Shown here: piece by piece, positions 11,770 to 22,930 of the stretch | How positions within the stretch are numbered: the first letter of the stretch is position 1 | How the letters are laid out: every line of letters starts with the position of its first letter | Made by a program: the position numbers and the translations under genes | Notes under the pieces: generated by a model | What the model saw: the letters and a program-made list of their open reading frames with translations, nothing else | The model's database searches: none | What the model was told of the DNA's origin: nothing | Source of the DNA: Glaucostegus cemiculus | Taxonomy: Eukaryota | DNA: 64,000 nt | NCBI GenBank assembly: GCA_976551045.1 | Contig: CDPCPM010000120.1 | Location: 7,440,001 to 7,504,000, forward strand | Direction: 5' to 3'

Positions 11770-12459
11770 TTGGAAATAACAGTTGTGAAAAGTGTGTTGG
11801 CACATGTAAGTGATTACATGAATTAATCAATATTAATATTATTGACAACAAGAATTTTAGAGAATCAGTTCCTCTGAAATGTAACTTTTCTAAACTGTGA
11901 TCATACTCCATTTTCATAATTGTGGCTACCCATTCCCAAAAGGACCACTTGCCACCAGGATTCCTTGTTCAACCAGAAGTTTGGAATAGTCCAAACCACA
12001 ATAATTTCATGGCCCTACAATCAATATTGTTCTATGTCTAAATGTTAGGAACAAGTGGTTTAAGAGGAGGAATATTGAAGAATTTGAGATCTCTTCAAAT
12101 GAAATTATTTAATTTAACATTGAATTCCACCCAGCAATATACTTGTGTGATAAGTAGCTCTTGGTTTCATCATCTCTGGATGGTTAGATAAGTACGATTC
12201 AATCCTTGTCATTTGGCAAACAAAATAATAATTATATTACTATCTGCATCCCATGGAAGACACAATTGCAGGCATAAAGTGAGGGGTGGGATTTGTTTTG
12301 TCTCATGCAGATTCAGAATCCAGTAGCTCATTAGGCGCAAACTAATAAAGTTATTGAAATGCCCATGCAAAAGGCATTTTCTTTTGTCTGTGTTTATCAG
12401 AGCTAGCACTATGTTTGTTTTGATGCTGGGATTAAGACACTGAATTGTAATTAAATGTA

Positions 12460-12714
12460 CTACAATGCAGAGGCTGCAATCGAATGGCTACCTTCTCTAG
12501 CTGCTTGAATACTTTTGAATGGCAGTGGTGTGGGAAGGTCACAACTGTGAGTTGACAGTGTGCTGCCAGCCGCATGCTGCCAGCCGTGGGTTGCCATGTA
12601 GCTGGAAGCAGCTGCACTGTATGTCATGTAGGGAGATACTTGTGTAGGTGGAGGGTAAGGAGCCATACTTGAGGCAGAGACAAAGCTGCTAACTGCAGGC
12701 AGACCATTGGGACC
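12460..12714 (-). CDS. PAX9: PAX9 last coding exon (255 bp incl. TAG)
   Basis: Acceptor tttttcttccag|GGT. Encodes [84 protein letters not shown], a typical PAX9 C-terminus. Confidence 0.97.
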   Translation of the reverse strand, partial: GPNGLPAVSSFVSASSMAPYPPPTQVSPYMTYSAAASSYMATHGWQHAAGSTLSTHSCDLPTPLPFKSIQAAREGSHSIAASAL

Positions 12715-13300
12715 CTGGAAGAAAAAAAAGATTGTTAAATCATTTAAAGTTCAACATTATAAACTAAAATGTCTATGTATTCTTTATTATTTTAGCAGAG
12801 TGACACCCAAGCACACAGGTATTAAATTGCTGAAATGCAATAGACTAATCTCACAACTTACATCAGTTAGATGCAAAATTTAGCATAAACTAGCACATCT
12901 GATAATGTGTGGAAGTACCAACAGTTAAAAATTGTCCACAATGTCTTAACAGTGTGCTGGAGCAATATCATTCACAGTCAGCTGGTGCAAATGCCAATTG
13001 CCTTTAACTAAAGGAAATTAAAATTAATATTTTAAAGTGAGTTTTGTATTCTACAAAAAAGAGAAATATATATGTCTATCTATTAAATATAGTTGTGTTA
13101 AATAGGTGCACAAAATAGGAAGTTGTGACACGATTACAACAAGATTATACATTGATATTATTTGTTTGAAATATCCAACAAAAAGATTGCCAACTTAAAA
13201 AGTCGTGGAACTACTGGCACGTGTTACACATTACACGTGTTAATGTGTAATGAATGTTTGAGCGTCGTCAGTGAATCAAAGCAGTTAACACTCAGAATTA

Positions 13301-13368
<68 letters not shown>
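13301..13368. repeat. (TATC)17 / (GATA)n microsatellite in PAX9 intron 3
   Basis: Perfect tetranucleotide array, read directly. Confidence 0.97.
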
Positions 13369-13371
<3 letters not shown>

Positions 13372-14249
13372 ATATATAATAAATATCTATATATATAAAT
13401 AATAACAAAGTGAAGGCCAGCATAAAAATAAAAATAAATCGACAATGACAGTGATAGTCCTAATGTAGTATACTCGAAAAAAATGTGAACCCAGCACGTA
13501 CTATACATGCACGGTCTATGATCTGGGGTATGATTGTGTTGGGAATTGGAAATTAAGTAGTGCGACAAAAAAGTAATGCAAGTCGCAAAGATAGCAAGTG
13601 TTGGAATTATGTTTACTGTTCTAAACCTACCAGAACACACCCTGTCTGAATTGCACGTAAATACAGCAATTTAATCATTCCTAATGACATTTTAAAATGC
13701 GCCATTTGTTTTGTTTTTGCAATTCAATTGGTTTATAATAGCAGGTAAATCTAATAAATTTGTTACATTAAATTCAGCATCATACTTCTGCCGCCTAACC
13801 TGTTAACCTATCCCGATCCCTAATAAAACCCACAGATGTAGCCTTGTTTGTGTTTCGAGTTTTTTTTAATTTGGAAAATATTTAGGAATGTTTCTCTGTT
13901 ACCGCAACTAAATATTCTCCCTTTGACAATAAAGTGTAATGTATTATGTGCCTGGGGTCAAATGCTCATTGCCTTTCTATTATTTTTTCCTTTTTTATGC
14001 GTTATCGTGACAAGATTCGGTTAATTAAAATTTTAATTGCTACTTTTAATCAAGATAAAGGTTCACAATTTATTGGGCTGGCGGGATAAGGGTAAAATAA
14101 ACCCGATGAAAAGAAAATCTTATTTCAAATTTCATGCACAGTTTGTGTTAAATAATGAAAACTTGTGACTATACCTGTCAATGTAATCGTCACTTTAAAA
14201 ATGTCTTACCCTCCTCGCCCCATTCCATACTCCGGCTTTTCATACAGAC

Positions 14250-14289
<40 letters not shown>
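14250..14289. repeat. Compound (TA)n(TG)n microsatellite in PAX9 intron 3
   Basis: Read directly. Confidence 0.95.
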
Positions 14290-14294
<5 letters not shown>

Positions 14295-14990
14295 TAATAA
14301 AAACATTTGCCTCTTCGGAACTACTGGTCCACTCTAAAAGCTTGAAGGTGTGCTAACGTTACCAATGAGATATTTGTGAAAGAATCACACAAATTCCAAG
14401 GGGAAAATACTTCTGCATTGATCTATTTTAATTGTCCATACTCGCTCCATTAAAAAAGTATAACTATTGTACTAGATTATGGAAATATTATTCCTATTCC
14501 TCCTAAAGAATAAATAAGATTATTTCCTCATATTCAACGTATTTCTTGACTATTTACTTTATTGCAATAAACTGTTGATTTCATTTGTTACAGTGGACAA
14601 CAATCCCACTGTGGGCAATAAAACAATTAATTATATCTAAATACCTCGCTGGCTACTTTTATTGTATTTATTTTGTTTTTGTTCTCATCCTGCGATGTTC
14701 TATTTCCCCGTCCTGATAATGGAATGTTATTTCGACATACCACGCTTTAAAATACCAACTAGAGAGGACATTTTATAATCGGCCTTGTATTTTTTAAAAA
14801 AAGTTCTCAACTTTTTACCTCGATCTTGATTTTGCAAATTAATTAGAGGTTCCCACTTGTAAAAGTCATTGCAATTTAGAATACTAATTACGTATGGGTT
14901 GTAATTGTTGAAAGGTGTTTATTTTTGTAGTTTGGAGTTCTGTAAACGCTGTAATCTGTCTTGTTGAGAGGAAAGGCAAGCTACAATTAC

Positions 14991-15139
14991 CTGAGTATAT
15001 TTGACTTCCTGCTCCAGTGGGGACTTGTCCAGTCCATTCACTGCAGACTGGTTTGAGGAGTGGAAGTGACTCCTGTTTATACTGTTCCATTCTTCCACTT
15101 TAGTAGGATAAGAAGAACTGTCACTAATGGGAATAGCAC
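14991..15139 (-). CDS. PAX9: PAX9 coding exon 3 (149 bp)
   Basis: Acceptor ttgttgttag|GT (phase 1), donor CAG|gtaatt (phase 0). Encodes (G)AIPISDSSSYPTKVEEWNSINRSHFHSSNQSAVNGLDKSPLEQEVKYTQ, with the Pax1/9 KVEEW and AVNGL motifs. Confidence 0.93.
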
Positions 15140-15554
15140 CTAACAACAAAAATATTTATATGACATGACTTGTATCTGAATACGTGTAGCAGACATGATA
15201 TTTGCTTCTCTATTTCCGGCCAGTGACTCCGGTATTTTGTGTAATTTGGTACAGACGGCCAGATAAATTTTCTTGGAGAACAATTCAACTGATTTACTCA
15301 TTACTGCTAAACCCAGCCGATGTGATCGAGTCCGGTTTACGCACCTCAGCGGTCTGCATTTAAATCGAATACGTCACATATTAGTGAGTGAGCGAGCCAA
15401 CGCTTGCACATCAACTTTTTCCACAAATTGCCTTGCTATTAGAATTTGAAAACTATTTTTCATGTTCGATACTTACCAACAGTACAATTTGAAACGTCAC
15501 CATCTTTTAAACAAATGCATAAGCAGCGTATTTGTATACTTTAATGTATTAACC

Positions 15555-15559
<5 letters not shown>

Positions 15560-15604
<45 letters not shown>
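15560..15604. repeat. (TA)n microsatellite in PAX9 intron 2
   Basis: About 22 perfect TA units, read directly. Confidence 0.97.
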
Positions 15605-15607
<3 letters not shown>

Positions 15608-16897
15608 TAATCGCACATTACAATAATATTAGTGTTTCGATGAATGTTCAGGGATGGCACTAGTTAGTGTAAGTTGATCTCGTCAGTACTAAATCCTAAC
15701 CTTTGTGTTCATGATTGTTTGTACTGGAAATGAGTTACTAATCCTCCTACCTAAACTTCACTTGATTTCCCCAAATCATAACTACAGAATTCATTTACGC
15801 AGTTTCTGGTCATGTATTGGTTTGTAGCCCGAAGCGATACATTATTATGTAGGAAATGCAATTGGAGGTTTAATTGTGTGTTTCCTTTCTGACCCAGGAC
15901 AAGATATTTTATCGTGATGATTTTATTAAAAAAACTGGCATTAGCAGCTAATGGGAGTCAGTTATATTTCCGTGTTGTTTTACTGAATGCCGTTGAATTA
16001 GTCAAAAGTCCTCGCATTGCTCATTTTTTAAAAAAAGGAAAACGATACATTTAAATATGTTTTGAATAAAAATCCAGGCGATTCCGGAAGCTGGCATAAC
16101 AATGTTTGGATGCAATTTTCTAACAATAGATCTTATTGGCCTTTATTGTATGCGCAAATAAAATATATTGAGATTTGGGAGAGTCAAACAGTTTCCAGCA
16201 AACTGGGCCTCAAAATGCTTCACACGTTAATTGCCAAATTGTTCCGAACCAACAAAATAATATATTTAGCAATTAATCTGTAAACCACTTGCAATTAATC
16301 TAGAGATTGAGAAAAGTTCTACCAACGTAATTTATCTACCACCAAAACCTACGAGGCATAAATAGCAGACCATTCTAATCAGTCGATCAGTGGGAGAGGA
16401 AATAATTATATAAGAAGCGACGTGGCTTTATTTTGTATTGTTAAGTGGAGTGGGAAAACGGACTTCTTCAGAAAGGAGTGAGCATTACATTTAAGTAATT
16501 GGACTGGAGCGTTCAAACCCCATCTAATGAAAAGTTGAAATTTAATTCAGTAACATTTTGAAACTGTTTCAGTTAAAAAGTATTAAAACTTTGAGGGTGA
16601 CGCCTTATTTTTCCTGAGCTTCAGTGCAACAGTCACTGATGAGAATGAAAAAGGGCAGCTTCTGATTTTTACAGATCTGTGCAAAAGATATTATGTAGAG
16701 GGAAATGTGGCCAGATCAGGACTGCAAAGTTAAATACATTGGGGTGCTCGATCTTTTTTTTAGCGAACGGAGAATATTATTTATTGATACGCCGAATTTG
16801 TGAGTGCTGAACTATAGACAAAAGACGTGCAGTTGTAGCTGCTTGAGCCTGGCCTTTCTTTCCCTTAGCGTCCTGACACTGAAGTGCTGCAGCTTAC

Positions 16898-17530
16898 CTT
16901 GCTGCTCAATTAATGTTCTGATGCCCAGAATATCGGAGACGGAGTGCGACGAAGGCCAGGTCCTGTGAATTCCCATGTGCGCTGGGATGGCGGGCACACC
17001 GGGCGACGGTGACATTTTAGCTCCGGCCGTTGTGATGGGACTGGAGTAGGAATAAATTGCATTATATTGGAGAGCCGACTGTGGAGGCGGATGTGCCGGA
17101 GTCTTACTCGACTCGTACTGATTCTGCTGGGACAAGTTCCCGATCTTGTTCCGGAGGATTCTGCTGATGGAGCTGACGGAAGGAACGTTGTACTTGTCGC
17201 AGACTCCATCGGCCAAGAGTCTGTCACGGATCTCCCACGCAAAAATCCCCGGGTCTCTCTGCTTGTATGCTCGAATGTGTTTGACCACCGTGGGGGTTGT
17301 CACTCTGGGCTTGCTCCCACCGATCGCACCGGGCAATATAGAACCGGTCTCGTTGTACCGAGCCAGGATTTTACTGACACAGCCATGTGAAACTCTTAAC
17401 TGTCTACTGATATCACAAGGTCGAATTCCCAGCTGGGCCAGTTCAACTATCCGCAGTCGGATGGCATTAGGCAGTGGTCTGCCATTGACAAATACACCTC
17501 CTAACTGGTTTACCTCCCCAAACGCTGGCT
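16898..17530 (-). CDS. PAX9: PAX9 coding exon 2 (633 bp): paired domain + octapeptide
   Basis: Acceptor ttccataccag|AG, donor CAAG|gtaagc. Encodes the full paired domain ([21 protein letters not shown]...SISRILRNK) and octapeptide HSVSDILG. No homeodomain, as expected for Pax1/9; the EPAFGEV start is PAX9-type. Confidence 0.99.
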
Positions 17531-18540
17531 CTGGTATGGAATAGAACAAGAGGACATATTCAGGAAAAAAAAAGTCAACTACAGTTATACTTTACAACCC
17601 AGCATCTAACCAGGCAGCGGATGTATTTGTGTTCTGTGAACCAACATCTGACAAGCTCTACTTTGTTACGTTTATGGAGCGTATCCGTCGCCTGGGCCTG
17701 TTGTAACGTTCGCATTCGCTTCAAGCTCAACCAATAGTCAATATTACTGTTCCTGACATTCTCAAACAGAAGTCAACCAAGAGCAGGCACGGTTGTTCAA
17801 GTTGTGATCATCACATGAACTTGCTACTTTGACGTTATTGTCTTTAAGAAAAAAATGTTTAGTCGCCAGGAGTTTTTATTCGAACTACTTGAAAATGGCA
17901 CGAGGTTTACTTCTGAATTAACCTGAAGTAAGACTTTTTCCATTTCTTCCTAAGCTTTGTGTTGTTTTACTACACATCACTATCTGCAGAACCAAATTTG
18001 CCATGGCATTTTTGAATTGCAATTGTATTCTCCTATCACGAGTTCATTTTAATGGTAGAAGATGTAAGAGTGATATTAATTAAAGTGGATTAAAAGCACA
18101 TTGGACACCGACGTTTATTTACTCTCAGGTTGCATTTGTTTGCCGTTTTTATAAGGAGGAATGCACATTCCCAAGAATGTTTTTTTTAATTTAAATGATG
18201 TGCTCTCCTTCTGGTTTACTGCGTTTGTTAAGTGGACCCTTTCCCCTTTCTCCTTCCTCGGCACAGCTCCATGCAAACTGGCTCACTAACGCTCTAAAAG
18301 ATGAACATGTAGAAATCGCTTCTAAATTCATCATCACATGTTCGTACGGGAAACATGTTTTTGTTACACCACGACAAAGTTCTGTCTGCTTGCTAACACG
18401 ATCCAGCTACACCATGAATAATTTGATTTATAGCATACATTTACAACTGATATGTGTCTGACGAATAAATTAGTCCTTGATCATGGTCAATTGTGCTTCT
18501 GCTGATAGCGATGTAAAATGTACAAAATGAAACTACTTAC

Positions 18541-18544
18541 CCAT
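18541..18544 (-). CDS. PAX9: PAX9 first coding exon (ATG G only)
   Basis: Minus strand reads accatcATGG|gtaagt (good Kozak context and consensus donor). Splicing to exon 2 gives MEPAFGEV, the same 4-nt arrangement as other PAX9 genes. Total CDS 4+633+149+255 = 1041 nt. Confidence 0.92.
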
Positions 18545-18779
18545 GATGGTTGATACACGGGCGATCCTCAATACTACTTTGCTGAATGTGAAAGGCTTAC
18601 AAACAGAATTCAAATCCCTTGGAGTAATGATTATTCGGGATCCGCCCGTAAAATGCTGCTTAATAACTGATTTCACCTCCGAAGTTGCAGAAGAACTTTT
18701 TTAGAGGATATGTGCCTCCCTTTTCCTCGGGAGAGGTGGTTCGGATCTGCATTTCAAAGCACAGCATGGGAAATGGATT

Positions 18780-18960
18780 TTACACGCTCTGCCTGTCAAT
18801 CACGGTGGACGCGCCCGTGACGATGACGTCAGAGGGCGGTAGGGGGAAAATCTCCCTGCGCCATTGGCGGACGGACGTGACCTGGCAACGCTACCTGGAG
18901 GTAGGTCTCGCAGATCAGTATCGGGCTGACCGACATCTGGCGGCTTCTGGTGGACTGTTA
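18780..18960 (-). promoter_or_regulatory. PAX9 proximal promoter (small CpG/GC-rich island)
   Basis: A GC- and CpG-rich patch just upstream of the first coding exon. PBX/MEIS-PREP decamer TGATTGACAG (minus, 18793-18802), CRE TGACGTCA (18824-18831), GC-box-like GAGGGCGG, CCAAT (minus, 18863-18867). Confidence 0.75.
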
Positions 18961-21849
18961 AATGAAAGAAATACTGCTTTAGAAATGTCCAATAAAGTAT
19001 ACATTGCATCAAACTATTGTTATTTAAAACGGAATACTGTAGGGCATTCAGCCGGTAAGTTCCCGTTGCAAAGTTACTTTACCGCCCCCCCCCCAACCAT
19101 TGGTAGCAGAAATTAAAAAAAAATTATAAATGAATGACAATCTGAATAAGTCATAACATTATGTTGCTCCGAACTAATTACTAGGCATGAGATGGTGCGG
19201 CATATAATAAATCCGAGCAATGCAGAGAATGCATTCATGTTGTAATGTGGAAATTGATAATCAGAACTATCGCCTTTCCATAACTTATATCTGTTAAAAT
19301 GTATAATTTGCAAACAAATTTCCCCATTGTTGACTTATTTTTTTGCTAATCAGGAAGACAATATTTAAATAGTAAGTAATTTATAGGAATAATTGTTGCT
19401 TGGTTTGTATTAGCATACCGTTGTCACTGCATTAATAACACTAATGGTTAAGTGTGTGCTTCACGCTGTGGTTTGAAATCAAAATATACGGCAGAATATG
19501 CTCCTGGTAAACGAGTTGACGGTAAGTTGGCTTAGAAAACCCCATGCCCATTTAATCAATGTAAATAAAGAATTTGCTCCTGTATTTGACCGTTATGATA
19601 TTCTGATTCGTAAATTACTTTCTTAAATAAAAATAATGGTGAATGTCTTCTCTTAATGACCAAATCGAACATCAGTTCTGGATTTATACTGTTTAATCGC
19701 TGCGAACCATTTCAAAACACGAAGAAATTTATGGCTTTAATTTTGAGCTTGTACCTATTTACCTCTGCGGTATAATTTGTCCTGGCTTTCATGGTTCGTG
19801 AGGTGTTCCAAACCTACCATAAGGTAAAACTTGAAGTGGTTTCTGAGTTCTCAGAGTTAGAGCACTTCCCTAAAATAATAAATTCGATACTAAAATGTTT
19901 ATTTGAACGTACAAGTCAAATGTTTCATTTTAATTCAGGATAAATATTTGTGTTAGATCTCAGTCTTTATTTGGTAATGCAATGTTGAAGATAGTGAACA
20001 GTTTCCTGTCAATAAAATTACATGGCCTAAAAATAGTGTCGGGTTATTTCAAGGATTATTTTATGTTATTTAATGGATTTGACGGAGAAGTGTATTAGCC
20101 CTTTTAACTACTGCATGCACCAACATATCAAAGGCATATCAAGTTTTATGATAATAATGGACAATTCGACCAACCAGCATTTGATACAGTATCTTATTAA
20201 GTTGTCAGGTGGCATTTCTATTCTCGTGTTTGGCTTTGATAGTGTACTAGGTTTATTGTAATCCAGCAAAACTTTTTAGCTTCATTTTTTTTTTGTCTTC
20301 ATTTCTTTTTCATTCTGATTATTTCCGCAATTTATTTTGAACGTGATCTTATCTCTCCACTTGGTCTGTATAGGCCGCTATTCCTGTTTTCTTCGGTACT
20401 ATTTCGTTGTCTGATCTTTGTCCTCTCTCTCCTTCCAATCTGTGCGCCGCATGTGAGGTTAGAACCTGGGAGTGTGTGAAGAGCTCGTTTGCACAGGGCT
20501 ACTCTCTGGTGGAAAGGATAAATGTTTACCACAGTGGAACGTGCTTAACTTGTTTCCATTGAGGTGCTGAGTGTGGTCTTGAATAACAAAGGTCAGATGT
20601 ACACTGGCCCATTACAGGGCAGAGGAGCTCTAACGGGATGAATCTGCAATTGTTTCCCCAAACAAGCATTAAATCATTTTCAGTTTGACCGTTTCATATG
20701 AGCCCAACATTGTTTAAAATGCAAAAAGCCCTCACAGAATTCATTTCGGAAACGCGGCTTTTATTCAAGAATGCGTCTCTTCAAAATAAATGTAGTTTCA
20801 ACGTTTCTAGCTTTGATCTGTTACATTGCTGTGAACATCTGCATCAAATATCTTATTTCAATATGTTGTTTCATGAGCATACACTGCTTAGCATTGCCTA
20901 CTGCTGTTCAATTACCTTTGGATTATCCTCAAGCTGTAACACCCAAATTTCTTCAGCATGAAATTTTTATTCATTTATAATTAATGAAATCAGATAAAAT
21001 AATTATACTGATTAATTTTAAACTCATGTTTGAATGTTAGGAAATACAACGAGTTATTTACATCAGTTTTTACTGAAGAACAGCTTTGCATATCATGCCT
21101 TAGTCAAAATTATTCTGAATATTTTCTTAAGAAAATTAGGATGTCATTATTGAAAAGACAAAGATGCTATTTTTCTAATAGGTAACTTATTATGAAAATT
21201 AGATATTAACTGAAATAAGCAAATGTTACACTGTACAAAATCATCTTTTGATCCAAAATTATCATTGACAAATGTTTAGTGAGCAGTTCTTCGAGCTATT
21301 GGAAAATAGAAATAAACTTAATTCCTTTGCTAATGCTAATTTTGTCAGTAATAATTTTGGGGAAATATTTGCAAGTCATACTTTATTGAGTTATTTATAT
21401 GGTGTTCTAACCTCCAAAAATAGGTGTGAAGGTTCCTACAAACTCCTACTGCCTCCTTTTGCTAACATCTGTAATATCTGGCTTTCACCAAAGCAGACAG
21501 GTAAAACATCCAAAACGCTTTGCTGCAAAGTATAATCAGCTATTTAGTTAGAGCGAGAGGGAAGTGAATAACAAGTCACATTAAGTGTTGCCAGCTAGAT
21601 CATTTGAAAGTAAGAATCATTACAATCCTGTTAGTAAAACATTTTCTACAACCAAAACAAGTTCACTAGATCTGAAAGCAAGTAACTTTTAAAGTTGGGC
21701 CTAATTTCATTTAATCATAATCTGTGCACAATAAATCAAGTAAATAATTTTATCAAAGTCAGTTTTATTTGGGATGCATTCATATCAGGGCTGTTACTTT
21801 AACAAACATTGTACTATAATGCAGCCTGAAACAGCAGCAGGTTATCCCT

Positions 21850-22930
21850 TCTCTCTAGTTTGTTCCACCCTTTAATGAGTTTGTGGGTGATTTATATCTC
21901 AGTTTAATTTGTCTGTCTAATCCCCCAAATCTATTAATCTCGACCTTGAAAACATAATCAATTCATGATCTTTTAGGAGCAAATCCCACAATAGTGAAAC
22001 AGGTGTTGCCAAATTTCACTCCTAAAACAGCAATAACAACAACAATTTGTATTTATGTAGCCATTTTACATGGTGAAACCTTGTAATCCTTCAGCAGAGC
22101 ATTATCAAACAAAATTTGATACCAAGCCACGTTGGCTGATATCAGTGCAGAACACCAAAGAGAAGAAGTTTGGGCAACAAGTTCCACATCTTAGGGTTTT
22201 ACCAGCTGAAGGCCAAGCTGCCGATACTTCAGCAACTAAAATTTGAGATGATCAAGAGATCGGAATTGGTGAGTCTCAAATATCTGAGGAATGGTGGTGG
22301 GGGCACCTGGGTTGTGGGGCTAGAGGAGTTTGTGGAGACAGGCAAGGGTGAAACCATGAAAGAACTTATATAAAAGAGAGAGGATATTGAAATCCAATTA
22401 TTTTATTCACTTCCTCTCGCTCACCCTAAAGAGTGAAGTTAGAAACCTGGCTATACTTCACTGCAAATTAAAAAGTTTTCTGGTTGTCTTGCCTCTTTGC
22501 TTTGATGAAAGACAGATACAGATTTTAGCAGAATGAGGCAGTGGGAATTTGTAGGAAGGTAACCTTCACACCTAGTTTTGGGAGGATAAAAAGCTTTAGA
22601 AATAATTCAACAGTCAAGCAAGACTTGCAAATATTTCCTCAATTTAAATGCCAATTATATATCCCCAATGTTTTATTTTTGTATTTATTCAATGAAATAT
22701 CTTTGTCATTTTGAAGACCTCGATTAAACCCCCCTCCCCCAACCTTCTGAACACAAAATATACAACACATATTTATGCAAATATTCCTCATAATCGAACC
22801 CTTCAATTCCTAGATTACGGGAACATGCAGTACATTTGCTCCTTCCATCGCCTGCATATCTTTCTTGAAATCCAGTGGCAAAAACTGAATGCAGATGGAG
22901 TCTGATCTTTAAAATATAGCTTAACTCAAA
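21850..22930 (-). mobile_element. Ancient CR1-like remnant with a nested L2-type 3' end (about 22035-22400)
   Basis: aacaacaacaatttgtatttatgtagcc...cattatcaaacaaaatttgataccaagccac is the reverse complement of an L2-clade 3' tail. The flanks resemble decayed antisense CR1. Confidence 0.5.

Noticed and set aside
13215-13255. Paired CACGTG E-boxes with a small inverted repeat in PAX9 intron 3
   Set aside because: Too short to distinguish from a local duplication or chance without conservation data.
15120-15130. Alternative PAX9 exon 3 acceptor cccattag|TGAC
   Set aside because: It would shift the frame and lose the conserved KVEEW/AVNGL motifs. The upstream AG is in frame.
16910-17544. Overlapping and antisense ORFs over the paired box (110, 107, 132 aa)
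   Set aside because: Shadow frames of a GC-richer coding exon.
16812-17549. Full 245-aa ORF as a single-exon gene, or assignment to PAX1
   Set aside because: The ORF runs through canonical splice sites at 17530 and 16898. The MEPAFGEV start, REGSHS..ASAL end and SLC25A21 synteny identify PAX9.
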